Notes: generated by a model not told the origin, from the sequence alone. Shown: positions 11,590 to 22,162, counted from the first letter of the whole stretch. The stretch is DNA of 62,402 nucleotides, filler included, from 14 parts of 14 records of this genome joined end to end with filler, not necessarily neighbours in it, one strand, 5' to 3'. Numbers and translations: made by a program.

Positions 11590-12234
11590 TTGGCGAATGT
11601 GAGTGTTCCAGCGTTCCAATATTTTGCGACCATCGCAAATCACGCTGAAAGTATGCGCGTTGTGACTTTCAGGGCGCTGCGTGCAGATTTGGTCTGGAAC
11701 ACTCGGGTTGGCACAGGTGTTCCACTGGAACAGTCGAGTGTTCCAGCGTGCCGAAATTTCGTCGGCAGCTGTCAACATGGCTGCGAGCGATCTCGACATG
11801 GTCAATCGACATGCAGTGCTAGTACGTAGCGATTGCGTTGCTACATACCTGCTGTCCCAGCGCACACTCGGCCGTGGCCAACATGCGCGTTGACACACAA
11901 TTTAGCACGCCGGTACACCGCAGGTGAAGCTGATCCACAGCGTGTGTGCCAGGTGTAGCTGACCTAGAGTTTTTGGCAGCATCGATCGTGCAGGTCTGCG
12001 GTTAGGGGAGAGTGTCAATGTGCAAGGCGCATTGGAAACCGGGACTACGCATATCTGCCAGCATGAATGGATGTGCAGCGACAGGCATGTAAAGTTTGGA
12101 TACAAGAGCAGTATGATCGATTAGCGACTGCAGTGGGAGGGAACAGTGTGTATGCGTGCGCGCAGAAAAGGATTCACCGCCCGCAAAAATGTTTTCACAC
12201 ACACACAGAGAACAACGAAGATAGTATCAGCCAC

Positions 12235-14994
12235 CTACTGCGACGCTACCCACGCGTAGAGTCGATCCAGTGGCGACCGCGCAACAGGCTGCAAGCGCTC
12301 CTCGCCACCTTCGCGCACTTCAGTCAGTGGCTCCTCCAGCGTAAATGTCGACTCAGCGGCGGGCACATTCGCTGGTCGGGGCGAAACCTCGTCAGTCTCC
12401 GTCTCCTGATGCTGTGGCATGCTTGTCATCATCGCCAGTTCCTGCACACCACTGTCACCCTCAAAGCTGCTTTGGGCAAATTCTGCGATGCCCTGCTGAA
12501 AGCGACGCCGACGGTACGTCTGACGGGCAACCAAAGCGACAAACAGCGTTGCAAACACACCATACGAGCTTAGCAGCAAGTAGCCGTACGTCTCGGCTCT
12601 AACCGGCTCGTACATTTCCACCCGAGGCAGCACACGAAGGATGAAGCTGATCAGAAACGTGAGGAATAGTACAGCCTCAGCACACACTTTTAATACGTTG
12701 GCTTCGGACTCCCGGTAGGGCAGTAGCCGCACATGCACGCCGAACGACGCAAACGAGATACAGCAGCCAACGAGCACCTGGGCGGCTGTGCCTCGCTGCA
12801 CAAACTGCAACAGGCCAGAGAGCGCAAGCTTGCGCAACATGTCTGCTGGCTCGAACCACCAGGCCTCAGGTCGGTAGTCGTTGAGACAGAAGGCGTAGCG
12901 TCGCATGAACTGTTCCTTGCTGTGCTGCACCGCTGCGGAAGCTGCGTTGAAGTCGCTTCTTGGCTGTCCGTCCGTGTTTCCAGCAGCTTCTGCCTCGAAC
13001 GTCTGTACGCTGTGGCGCCAGTTCTTCCATAGTAGACCGAGTAATCCGACCGGTATACCTATTGGCCACGCTGCCAACATTACCAACGCGAATGTTCGAT
13101 ATCGTTGGTACCGCGACCCGAGACAGTCGACAGAGTAATCCACCTCCAGCCGCTGCATGTACTCACCGAGCCTGCGACAGCGGAGCGCTGACAGAATCAA
13201 CGACGAGACACGCGGATACAGTAGCAGCACTACGAAGAAGAGCGCTGCAGTTGCATTCGACAGCGCCTTGGCATCTCGCCCATACCATCGCTGCCACGTG
13301 TATCGGCAGCCTACCGCAAGAACTGCAGTCGCCGGTAGGCCTAGGACTGTCAGGAGCCACGTGCTGTACCAGTCCCATCCATTGCAGTCGAAAGCGTACA
13401 GCATATGGAAATCTGCAGTAAACAGCCCCACATAGCTCATTGCCTGGCGTGGACCATCTGGAAACATCAGATTGAGCACATCTTTCAGCAAAGCCAATAC
13501 TTGGGCGAGGCCAAGAGCAATCTTGAGCATGACGAATACTTGCTCCTTCGCCCGCTTGAGACGCTGCCGCTGCCAGTAAATTGATCCACCAAATATCAGA
13601 ACTGCGGCAAGAATCAACAACACGAACAGGTTCCGTGATAGGCCGAAGTGCTCTTGAAAGAGGCTTTCATCACTGCACTGCTTGCACGAACCATCGCTAT
13701 TTCGACGTGAGTAGCCTTGCTCGCACATGGCGCACAGGGGACCCGTGTGGTGTGACCGACAATGAGCGTCGCCTGTGAACTTGAACGTCGTGTTAAGCAA
13801 CATCGGAGGGCACGTCACATCCTCGTATGCAGCACTCGGGCATTGGAAGGCAAATTGTGGACGAAAAGCAGCGTCCCGTAGCAAGTTGCCGATTTGGGAG
13901 AGGTCCGTGCTGTTCAATCGCCACCCTTCACTCAAATTTGCAACTCCGCCAGCACACGAAGCGCATTCATCCGGGCACTTCAAGCACACACTGTGGTGGT
14001 CTCGTTTAAGTGTGGCAATGTAGTCGCCGTAGCGTTTGTCTTCCGCTGTCCAGTCTTGGGTTGTGCACATAATTACGCCTGCGTGGCGCACATCGTAGGT
14101 GTTGCGCGGGCACTGACATGTGCTGCCGTCCACCACACTCGTGCCGTTTTCGCAAGACGGATAGCAGTCTCCGTCAGAGTTCTGGGTGTAATTGGGTTTG
14201 CAAATGCACGTAGAGCCAGTCGAGTCATGCTCGCTGTGTGGCTTACTGGTGCAGTTGATCGGCCTAAAGTTGACAGTTCGCAGTATATCGTACGCCTTGT
14301 ATGAGTCGAATCTGTCGTAGTTGGGTTGAAATTCCTCGTCGCCGTGATAGAATCGAAACATGTGACTGCCCTGCGTGGAAACCCAACCAGATGAGGGAAC
14401 GGTTGCAGTGAATGTACCATCACGATTGTCGACCATGGTGCGGGTGTGTTCGCAGCTGTAACTGCGGCACGGACCGTGAGAATCACAGCTGCAGTTGTAC
14501 CCAATGCGTAAGTCAGTGATGAGCAACCCTGTGAGCGCTGGCTGGTCATCGGCGTCGTACAGCTGCAGTGTCCAACTACACTCGTGCCCAACTGTGCAGC
14601 CTGTTGGCACTGTCACGCGGGTCCCACAACACTTAGATTGTCCGTCCGGAAAGGTGACTAGACACAGTGAGGTACTAGACGGTGATGTGTCCAAAATAAT
14701 CGGAATCGACACAACGCCGATCGACAGCGCGTGCAATGCAGGCAGCCGCGCCACAAGCGCGCTCAAGTCACCAGCAGATGCGTTGATCGGATTCTGATCA
14801 AGAAATAGGTGCGTCAGACTTGACGGGAGATCCTGCGGGAGACTCGTTATCGAAACATTGCTGAGCCGCAACGAAACCAGAGAATCGGAACGAGAAATGT
14901 CGCCGACGCCGGACACACGCGTGCCGTGTAGGTCGACAGTAGAGAGCCGAGTCATCTCGCCGACACTCTCCGGCAAGGTGCCGCTCAGGCTCGT
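12235..14994 (-). CDS. LRR + Ig/filamin-like + Cys-rich ectodomain, multi-pass membrane protein, 5' partial
   Basis: LSGTLPESVGEMTRLSTVDLHGT LRRs; DNRDGTFTAT Ig-like strand; Cys-rich CRSHHTGPLCAMCEQGY; about 9 hydrophobic helices with DYSVDC, YRPEAWWFEPADMLRKL and PY..AN motifs of a widespread protist multi-TM family. Confidence 0.8.
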   Translation of the reverse strand, partial: TSLSGTLPESVGEMTRLSTVDLHGTRVSGVGDISRSDSLVSLRLSNVSITSLPQDLPSSLTHLFLDQNPINASAGDLSALVARLPALHALSIGVVSIPIILDTSPSSTSLCLVTFPDGQSKCCGTRVTVPTGCTVGHECSWTLQLYDADDQPALTGLLITDLRIGYNCSCDSHGPCRSYSCEHTRTMVDNRDGTFTATVPSSGWVSTQGSHMFRFYHGDEEFQPNYDRFDSYKAYDILRTVNFRPINCTSKPHSEHDSTGSTCICKPNYTQNSDGDCYPSCENGTSVVDGSTCQCPRNTYDVRHAGVIMCTTQDWTAEDKRYGDYIATLKRDHHSVCLKCPDECASCAGGVANLSEGWRLNSTDLSQIGNLLRDAAFRPQFAFQCPSAAYEDVTCPPMLLNTTFKFTGDAHCRSHHTGPLCAMCEQGYSRRNSDGSCKQCSDESLFQEHFGLSRNLFVLLILAAVLIFGGSIYWQRQRLKRAKEQVFVMLKIALGLAQVLALLKDVLNLMFPDGPRQAMSYVGLFTADFHMLYAFDCNGWDWYSTWLLTVLGLPATAVLAVGCRYTWQRWYGRDAKALSNATAALFFVVLLLYPRVSSLILSALRCRRLGEYMQRLEVDYSVDCLGSRYQRYRTFALVMLAAWPIGIPVGLLGLLWKNWRHSVQTFEAEAAGNTDGQPRSDFNAASAAVQHSKEQFMRRYAFCLNDYRPEAWWFEPADMLRKLALSGLLQFVQRGTAAQVLVGCCISFASFGVHVRLLPYRESEANVLKVCAEAVLFLTFLISFILRVLPRVEMYEPVRAETYGYLLLSSYGVFATLFVALVARQTYRRRRFQQGIAEFAQSSFEGDSGVQELAMMTSMPQHQETETDEVSPRPANVPAAESTFTLEEPLTEVREGGEERLQPVARSPLDRLYAWVASQ

Positions 14995-15094
14995 NNNNNN
15001 NNNNNNNNNNNNNNNNNNNNNNNNNNNNNNNNNNNNNNTTAATTAATTAANNNNNNNNNNNNNNNNNNNNNNNNNNNNNNNNNNNNNNNNNNNN
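14995..15094. other. artificial contig spacer
   Basis: 44 N + TTAATTAATTAA + 44 N. Confidence 0.99.
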
Positions 15095-18000
15095 CTAACA
15101 CTGGCAGTCTACACGTACGAGGCTCTGGTGCGTATTGGAGCATATGGCTGGCGAGACTATTGGAAGACAGACAAAACCCCTTTCGCAATCGTGCTCATCA
15201 TGTGGCTGATGACAATTCACTACAACCTATCTCAGTATGAATGGTTTGACCCTACTGGGCACTTTGACTGGATTCAAGGGCTATCGTTCGTCATGATTCT
15301 GCGCATGACACGCCTTTTGTCAGCTTCAGTCCAGGTGCGCAAGCTGTTGAAGTTGATTTACATTTCACTACCACAGGTGGCCAACTTGGTGACGGTAATG
15401 ATCCTACAGTTTTTCATTTTCGGCATTCTAGGAATGAAGTTGTACGGAAAGGTCCCACTCGAAGGCACAGATTTCAAAACAAACGAAATCAACGAGTACA
15501 ACAACTTCCAGTCTGTTCCGTCTGCAATGATGCTACTGTTTCAAATTGCAACTGGCCAGCCTATTGTGAAAATAGTTGAGGAAATCAAGGAAAGCGAAGG
15601 CGGCCACCCGTTTATTTTCTTTGCGGTCTTTTTCATCTTCGCCAACATGGTTTTGCTAAACTTGTTCACTGCGCTACTACTGGACAACCTTGATCTGATG
15701 GGCGCGAGTGACTTCGGTATTACGGACGCTGACGTCAGATGGTTTCACAAGCGTTGGCATGCATTCGGGTTGTTCGCGAATGACGAAATTCACATCAGGG
15801 ACCTGCGAGGCTTTGTTGACAATATTGGTGGCTCTTTCGCTGTAGTGACTGCTGCCGACAAACACTGGTACAAGCGGCTGCTGCTGGACTTAGACGTCCC
15901 CCCAGAGGAAATGAACGATACGAGCACCAGAATGTTCGGCTTTCATCGAGTCCTACTGTGCCTGTGCCATCTGCGCTTCAACTCGTCATGCCTACCATAT
16001 GAACTGGAAGTAGCGGCCTCGGCAAGAGCAGAGCGTATGCACAAAAACCACGCAGCGCGGATGATCATTCTGTTCTGGCGCGCACACAAAATGATCAGGA
16101 ACGTGCCATCAGAATATTCAGCGTCGGAACAGCTTACAAAGAGGTGGAAGATTGCAGTTGGAGTGGCACGTTTGTGGACGCTGGATGCTGTTAACGGAGT
16201 CTACAAGTTGAACAACCTGGATGACGTAGAGGCAAAGACGAAAAATCTTTCGACTGCCATGCAGCTCATGTCTGGCTGGAAAGGTCCAGAGGTGGAGGGG
16301 GATGAAGACGCCGTCGTCGACATGAAGGAGCTGGGCGATGAGCATCTAGAAAAGCTGGCGGAAGGCGATGCTGAGGCACACGAAATGCTCCTTGCACGCA
16401 TGGAGGAAATCCATCAACAGCGGGTCAAGGTGAAGGGAGGGATTGGTACGTGGTGTGTTGGTGGAAAGCTAGTCGGCCAACCATTTGCAGTGGCGCAAAC
16501 TTTTGTGCTGACGCTTGTTCTACCGGTCATGCTCATCGGCGTCTTCCATGTGCTTGTCAAGATCATCGGGGAGCACCACATGAGCGTCTTCAGCCCAGAG
16601 TTTGTGATTCTAGTCGTTTTTCCAGCGGCCAGTTATGTTGGATGCTGTTACATCGTCGCCCAATACTTTCTGGTGCCATCGCTTTTCTCCGCGCGACGAC
16701 AGATGCTAATGTTCAGTAGCTGGGCTGGTATTGCAAACTACGGCGCAATTTTGTACGGCCTGACGAATGAAGGGCGACAGCATTGTCAGGTCCTTGCAAT
16801 TGTCAACAATGCTGCCTATTTGACGCAAATGGCATGGCAGGTCACTGCAACCTACACAGCGTTTCGCTTCGTCAAGTTGGGTAAGCTCCGGGTCAAAGGA
16901 TGGTGGCGTCTTGCGCTACAGCTTGTCAACTGGGTCGGTCCGTTGTTGCTTACGCTTGCGCTGTTCTTTCTTAAGCCTGAAGCATTTCATGAGACCTTGG
17001 ACGAGCTCAATGGATTGGGCTGGTGTGGTGTGCGAAGTGACCCGGAGTTCCTGTACTGGAAGCTGTGTTTCATCTTGATTCCACAGCTCGCAGGAGTATC
17101 GATGTACGCGTATTGCTTTTCGTACATCATTGACGTCGTCGACCCGCCAGAGACCACTGTGATGCGACGATCTGCTGATGACTCGCGAGTCAGCACGAGC
17201 CACCATGAGGATCTGCTCTTTGCCAGCGATGCGAAGCAAGCAGTTGCCATGGCGCGAGCTGCGGATCGCATCAAGCTCTACTTGACGGGTTTCATGTTGA
17301 GCTATTTGACAAACACATTGCTGACAATTGTCTTGGAGAGAGAGAAGACAGCTAGCGAGTGGACGACGTTTGATTATTTGATTTGTGCGGCAGTCGTTAC
17401 ACCCCAGCAGGCCCTGTATGCACGGGTATTCAATAGCGGCGGAGGTAGTGGAATTGTATCTGGACTTGCAACCTTCCACAAATCCACAGTAGTCTCAGCA
17501 TCTGGTGCAGTGGTGTCCAACATAAACAGCATGGCAGCTTCGTACAAGTGGGTTCGGATGATGCAAGCAAGCTCCATCGGACAGACAGTGACAGTGCAAG
17601 TTAAATCGACAACCAGTCAAGCAACTTCCGCTTTTGCAAATACTCTGAACGAAGCCAACCGACAAACTAAGCAGGCAGCGAAAGCCAAGCCCAAGGCCAC
17701 ATGGACAGACAGCACGGCAGCAGCATTTATAATGCGCTGGGTGAGCGTGTTTGCACAATGGGGTTTCAATACATGGCAAGCGACGGTCATGGTTCCAGTT
17801 GCACTGTGGGTATGGACACCGATTGAATTCATCAAAGATAACTTCACGGAGCGTCTGAGTGCGGTGATGATGGCACTGCTGGGTTATGGTTTGTTTTTGC
17901 TCGTCCCTGTGTTCTATTTTCGCGTCGACGCGACTGGCTCTCCGGATGGCAGTGACACTGGGATGGACTACAGCAAACTCTTTGGAGTTGATAATCCCGA

Positions 18001-18496
18001 GGACTTGTGGGACCGGCAGGCTGCTGGTCCGGTTGGAGTCTTCGTGTACATGTCCCTGATTGCTCTGGTTGGCATGACCGGGGCATTTGTGAATCGGTTC
18101 AACACACATCTTCTTGTCATCGACGGCCCACGCTCAACGATTCGCAAGACGAAGAAAAACTATCTTGGCATATACACGCTGTGTATTGAGTGGTTTCAGA
18201 TTGGCATGCTTGTGTTCACAGGTGCACGTCTTTTGCAGAAGTATCGTGACCCTCGCGTGATCGATGGCGAAGAAATGAGTTTAAGGAAGCTCATCATCGG
18301 CTTGATCTTGGACAACGTGTTCTACGTCCAGTACTATGGATCATTGATCGGTGTGGTCGTCTGGGCATCTTGTTATGCTGGGCCTGCGATAGTGGAGAAG
18401 CTGTACTCTAGAAAGCGGGCTCTCGCTATGCAGCGTAATCTGGGCGTGCTCTTCTTTGTGCTGTCTGGTCCTGGATTTTTGACGATCATGAAGTCT
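15095..18496 (+). CDS. fusion: Cav/Nav-type channel last repeat + EF/IQ tail + cAR/GCR1-like 7TM GPCR module + further multi-TM module; partial at both ends
   Basis: One stop-free frame across the contig. Channel: YTYEALVRIGAYG, ISLPQVAN, FFIFGILGMKLYG, NNFQS...LLFQIATGQ, VLLNLFTALLLDN; IQ-like AARMIILFWRAHK. 7TM: SYVGCCYIVAQY, CQVLAIV...W, NWVGP, GWCGV, FILIP, IKLYLTGFMLSY, TPQQALYARVF. Confidence 0.8.
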
Positions 18497-18596
18497 NNNN
18501 NNNNNNNNNNNNNNNNNNNNNNNNNNNNNNNNNNNNNNNNTTAATTAATTAANNNNNNNNNNNNNNNNNNNNNNNNNNNNNNNNNNNNNNNNNNNN
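18497..18596. other. artificial contig spacer
   Basis: 44 N + TTAATTAATTAA + 44 N. Confidence 0.99.
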
Positions 18597-18669
18597 CATA
18601 CAGTTGACTGGGGAGAGTGGTCGCCCTGTTTCTACGCCATACTATTAACTGGGGAGAGTGGTCGCCCTG
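18597..18669 (+). repeat. 41-bp-period minisatellite remnant at contig start
   Basis: ACTGGGGAGAGTGGTCGCCCTG at 18607-18628 and 18648-18669, each preceded by a similar catac... segment. Confidence 0.8.
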
Positions 18670-18766
18670 CGCCAGCCGGACTCTGTGGCCTCCGAGAGCG
18701 ACCTGCTGAATACGGCTGATATGAAGAGACTGCTTTCCTTGCCAGCGCAGTGAAGTTGGGTGGGCT

Positions 18767-21700
18767 ATGCGGGCCGCGCTGAGCGGCGTGACGAAGTATG
18801 AGAGCACGGGCGGCGGCTCGGACAGTGTGCTGAGCAGGCGCTTCAGGCGGCAGTCGCTCTCTCGCGTGGTCGTCAATACCGAGGACGGTGTGTCGAACGA
18901 TGAGCCGATCGTGTTCATCCCGCGGCAGGTGCCGCTGACTCCTGGCACGCGCGGAGGGTTCGCTGTGTTTATCGTTTTCATCGTGACGTTCTCGCTCATC
19001 GTGGCACAGGAGCGCAACGACGCGGTGTTCTGGTTCGCTGAGCATGCGAGGCAGCTGGTTGCCGTGGACGACTTCCGGCGCCTGGCTCAGGAGCGACACA
19101 GCTACCGCGAGTACCAGCAGTGGTTCGCCTACCACTTCCTGGACGGCATGGCGAATGCGACGACGCGGCTGGCACCGGGCCAATCCGTGGCAATGGTCGG
19201 TCCACCGCGAATGAGGCAGGTCCGGTATGCGGACACCTGCGCCACCCCTGACTACGTTAACGGCCTGGTTCCAGCGTGCCTCGACAACTACGAGGAGTCA
19301 AGGGAGCCTTTCGGCGTCAACGTACCAGAAGGCCTATTCAACAGTGGCGGCCAGTGGAATTACGTGAGTGCGGACGTGACTGGTGACACCGGGCACGTTG
19401 GGCGTTTGCACTACTCGTACAGTGGAGCTGGCTACCTTCTGGAGATGAAACCGCTGCTTGAGCGGCCAGCAGGGATCTCGGATCCAGGCTCAGAGTTCTA
19501 TCCGTTTGCGCATTGGAAAGTCAACGTGACGGACCTGTGGGAATCGGGTTGGATCGACAAGTACACCAAGGCGATATTCCACGATTTCACATTGTACTCC
19601 AGCTCTGAAGACCTATATGCAAATGTACGAGTGACCGCAGAGTTCGAAAGCAACGCGGCAGTCTTCCATATGGGGATCAATCTTCGTGTGTTCTGGCTCG
19701 AGCGCAGCGCCTCGTGGATGTCTGTGCAATATATTTTCGCGGTCTTTCTTGCCATCCTGATCCTGGGTGAGTTGGACGAGCTACGGTGGGGCATGCAGTG
19801 CGCGGACAAAGTGCTGGTGGAACGGGTTGTGGAGCTGAAGTACCTATTGCGTCTCAAGGAGCTGCAGTTTGGCGCAGAGCACGGTGTTCCTGAGCTCTAT
19901 AAACCCCGGCGGGTGCTCAAGAAGCTAGCCTACCGGCTATTTCAGGTGGACAGCTCCTGTGTCCATCATATCAAGGAATTGAATGCCATCGGCATGAAGA
20001 TTCCACAGCTCGACAACCACTTCCAGGATGCCATGCGAATGCTGCATGCCTCCGGGCTAAAATCATCCAAGGCAAGCTTCAGACCGAATCCGATCGTCAC
20101 AGACAATCTAAATCTCACCAGAGCACAGCTGAACGAGCTGCGAAGCGCAGACGAGTCCGACAGCCTGCTCAGGAAACTACAGAGGCTGCGTATCCGATGG
20201 AGCGCAAGCGTGAGGTTCTACTACCAGACAGAATGGAACAACTTGGATAGCCTCAACTACTTTCTGCTCCTCTGCTCGTTCTTCTGTCGCGTGTACTCGT
20301 GGACCCTGATGGGCGATCAGACAAAATTGGTGGAGGAGCTGGATCGCGAGGACCCATTCGCGGACAAAAATTACGTGAACTTCTACACTGTCGCTCTGTT
20401 CTTTGGTGTATCCTTCTACATCAACTCACTATCTGCAATTCTGACGTGGATCAAGCTCTTTAAGTTCCTGAGCTTCTTTCCGCAGATGTCAATCTTCACG
20501 AAGACCCTGTCGCTTTCCGCGTCCCATCTAGGTGTATTCTTCATCGTCGTCATCGTTGTACTGATTGGCTCTGCGCAAGGATTTTGTCTTGCGTTCGGTG
20601 CAGACGTAGACGGCTTCCGCGATCCATTCATCTCTGTGATCACAATATCGCTCTTCACGGTCGGCAAGTTCGATTACGAGAAGCTAATCTGGTCACAGCG
20701 ATGGCTTGGACCTGTTCTCTTTTGGGTCTACATATTTTTGGTGTTTTTCGTAATGATGAGCGTCTTTATCGCCATTCTGTCGGAGGGGTACGAAGCAGCC
20801 AAATCAGCCATTCCCGCCACCTCGTCAGGAGATATCTGGGAGGCTGTGCAGACAGTCGCGGTCGAAAACTACGTGGAGGTGAGGGAAAGCACGCGAATGT
20901 CCTTGCGGCGGGTTACGGGGCAGAATAGGGCGCAAGAGAAGTTAGTCGAAGGTATATACAAGGTGCGAGCGGGTGTGCAGATCGCCGGAGCGATCTCAGC
21001 ATTTCAAAACCCGGAACCAGAGGATCATATCGGCGCCAACTCTGGTGGGAGGGGTCGAATGGAATCAAGCAAGGCGGCGAATATTGCGACCGACTCTGAG
21101 TCCGATGAGGAACCCGACGGCAGCAATCGCAACTATCATGGCGACCAAATGATGAGAGACTTGGCGAAGATGACACGGCACGAGATTCATGAAGAAGGGG
21201 AGGAGCCGGTGTCAGTAGAGACCGTGACGACACAGGGTTCGTTGCCAGGCACCCCAGCAGAGGAGCCAGGAGGAGACGATGGCAAGGAGAAGATAGACGC
21301 AGAGGACCTGAAGATCATTCCGTCTCGGCAGAGGGCGAGACGAGCTATGACAATGCAGATGCCGGAACTAGATGAGGGCGGAGCTTCATCAGAGGAAGAA
21401 GGGGACGGCAATGCAGCGGGCGGTCAGGTGCTGGACCGCTTGAGCAAGTTGGAGACGGCAGTGGAGACACTGGTTGCAGAGGGGCAGGGCAGTGCTGCAC
21501 AGCTAGAAGGCTTGCAGGAGAAACTTGCCGCAATGTCTGCTGTGAATGGAGACACGCTGCAGCAGATCGTTGAGCACCTCTCGACACTGTCACACGTCGA
21601 GCGGAGTGCTCCCGAAAAGCACAGCCGAAGTTTCAGCAGGCACAGGCGCCATCGTTCCCCTGCCGCGAGCGCTGCAAATGGTGATCCTCAGGACAGCGAT

Positions 21701-22162
21701 CATGATAGCCACCATGGAAGTCACCGGCACATACACAACACTGACTCAGGGGGGCACCCGCATGACCGTCACCAGGGCCACCGACACAACCATGACACAC
21801 GCCCAGGGGGTCATCGGGACCAGCGCCAAGAGGGTGGCGCTGTCCACCAGCATGGGCACGCGTCATATGTGCGTGCGAAGTCGCCTAGCCCAACACATGG
21901 CGCAGCTGTAATGCGGGAACGCCCATCTCTGCATTCAGGCTCTCAGTCGCCTCAAGGGGATGGGTTCAGCACCGAGCGGGCTTCCTCAAATGGTCGCAGC
22001 TCTGTACCTAATATGCGACAGCAGCTCGCGGCGATGACACGCCTGAAGGGCGGAGCTGCTACGGCGGCGGAGAAACGTAAGAAGGTGCTGTCGATGAGAG
22101 AGCAGATGGCTCAGATGAGTGCCAACAACAACATGGAATCGACGTTGATTGAGAGGCGTTGA
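18767..22162 (+). CDS. polycystin-2 / TRPP-like cation channel (upstream exon likely missing)
   Basis: TOP domain VGPPRMRQVR, YSGAGY, LWESGWIDKYTKAIFHDFTLY; WNNLD S3; S4 WIKLFKFLSFFPQM; S5; pore FGADVDGFRD; S6 FFVMMSVFIAILSEGY; C-terminal coiled coil and His-rich tract. Possible splice acceptor at 18745. Confidence 0.9.
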   Translation: MRAALSGVTKYESTGGGSDSVLSRRFRRQSLSRVVVNTEDGVSNDEPIVFIPRQVPLTPGTRGGFAVFIVFIVTFSLIVAQERNDAVFWFAEHARQLVAVDDFRRLAQERHSYREYQQWFAYHFLDGMANATTRLAPGQSVAMVGPPRMRQVRYADTCATPDYVNGLVPACLDNYEESREPFGVNVPEGLFNSGGQWNYVSADVTGDTGHVGRLHYSYSGAGYLLEMKPLLERPAGISDPGSEFYPFAHWKVNVTDLWESGWIDKYTKAIFHDFTLYSSSEDLYANVRVTAEFESNAAVFHMGINLRVFWLERSASWMSVQYIFAVFLAILILGELDELRWGMQCADKVLVERVVELKYLLRLKELQFGAEHGVPELYKPRRVLKKLAYRLFQVDSSCVHHIKELNAIGMKIPQLDNHFQDAMRMLHASGLKSSKASFRPNPIVTDNLNLTRAQLNELRSADESDSLLRKLQRLRIRWSASVRFYYQTEWNNLDSLNYFLLLCSFFCRVYSWTLMGDQTKLVEELDREDPFADKNYVNFYTVALFFGVSFYINSLSAILTWIKLFKFLSFFPQMSIFTKTLSLSASHLGVFFIVVIVVLIGSAQGFCLAFGADVDGFRDPFISVITISLFTVGKFDYEKLIWSQRWLGPVLFWVYIFLVFFVMMSVFIAILSEGYEAAKSAIPATSSGDIWEAVQTVAVENYVEVRESTRMSLRRVTGQNRAQEKLVEGIYKVRAGVQIAGAISAFQNPEPEDHIGANSGGRGRMESSKAANIATDSESDEEPDGSNRNYHGDQMMRDLAKMTRHEIHEEGEEPVSVETVTTQGSLPGTPAEEPGGDDGKEKIDAEDLKIIPSRQRARRAMTMQMPELDEGGASSEEEGDGNAAGGQVLDRLSKLETAVETLVAEGQGSAAQLEGLQEKLAAMSAVNGDTLQQIVEHLSTLSHVERSAPEKHSRSFSRHRRHRSPAASAANGDPQDSDHDSHHGSHRHIHNTDSGGHPHDRHQGHRHNHDTRPGGHRDQRQEGGAVHQHGHASYVRAKSPSPTHGAAVMRERPSLHSGSQSPQGDGFSTERASSNGRSSVPNMRQQLAAMTRLKGGAATAAEKRKKVLSMREQMAQMSANNNMESTLIERR

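Noticed and set aside
18597-18669. CRISPR-like 22-bp direct repeats
   Set aside because: Only two copies, intervening sequences resemble each other (41-bp period), eukaryotic context, no cas genes.
8056-22162. Apparent ion-channel gene cluster (CNBD, Cav-like, PKD2)
   Set aside because: The genes are on different contigs joined artificially; no linkage evidence.
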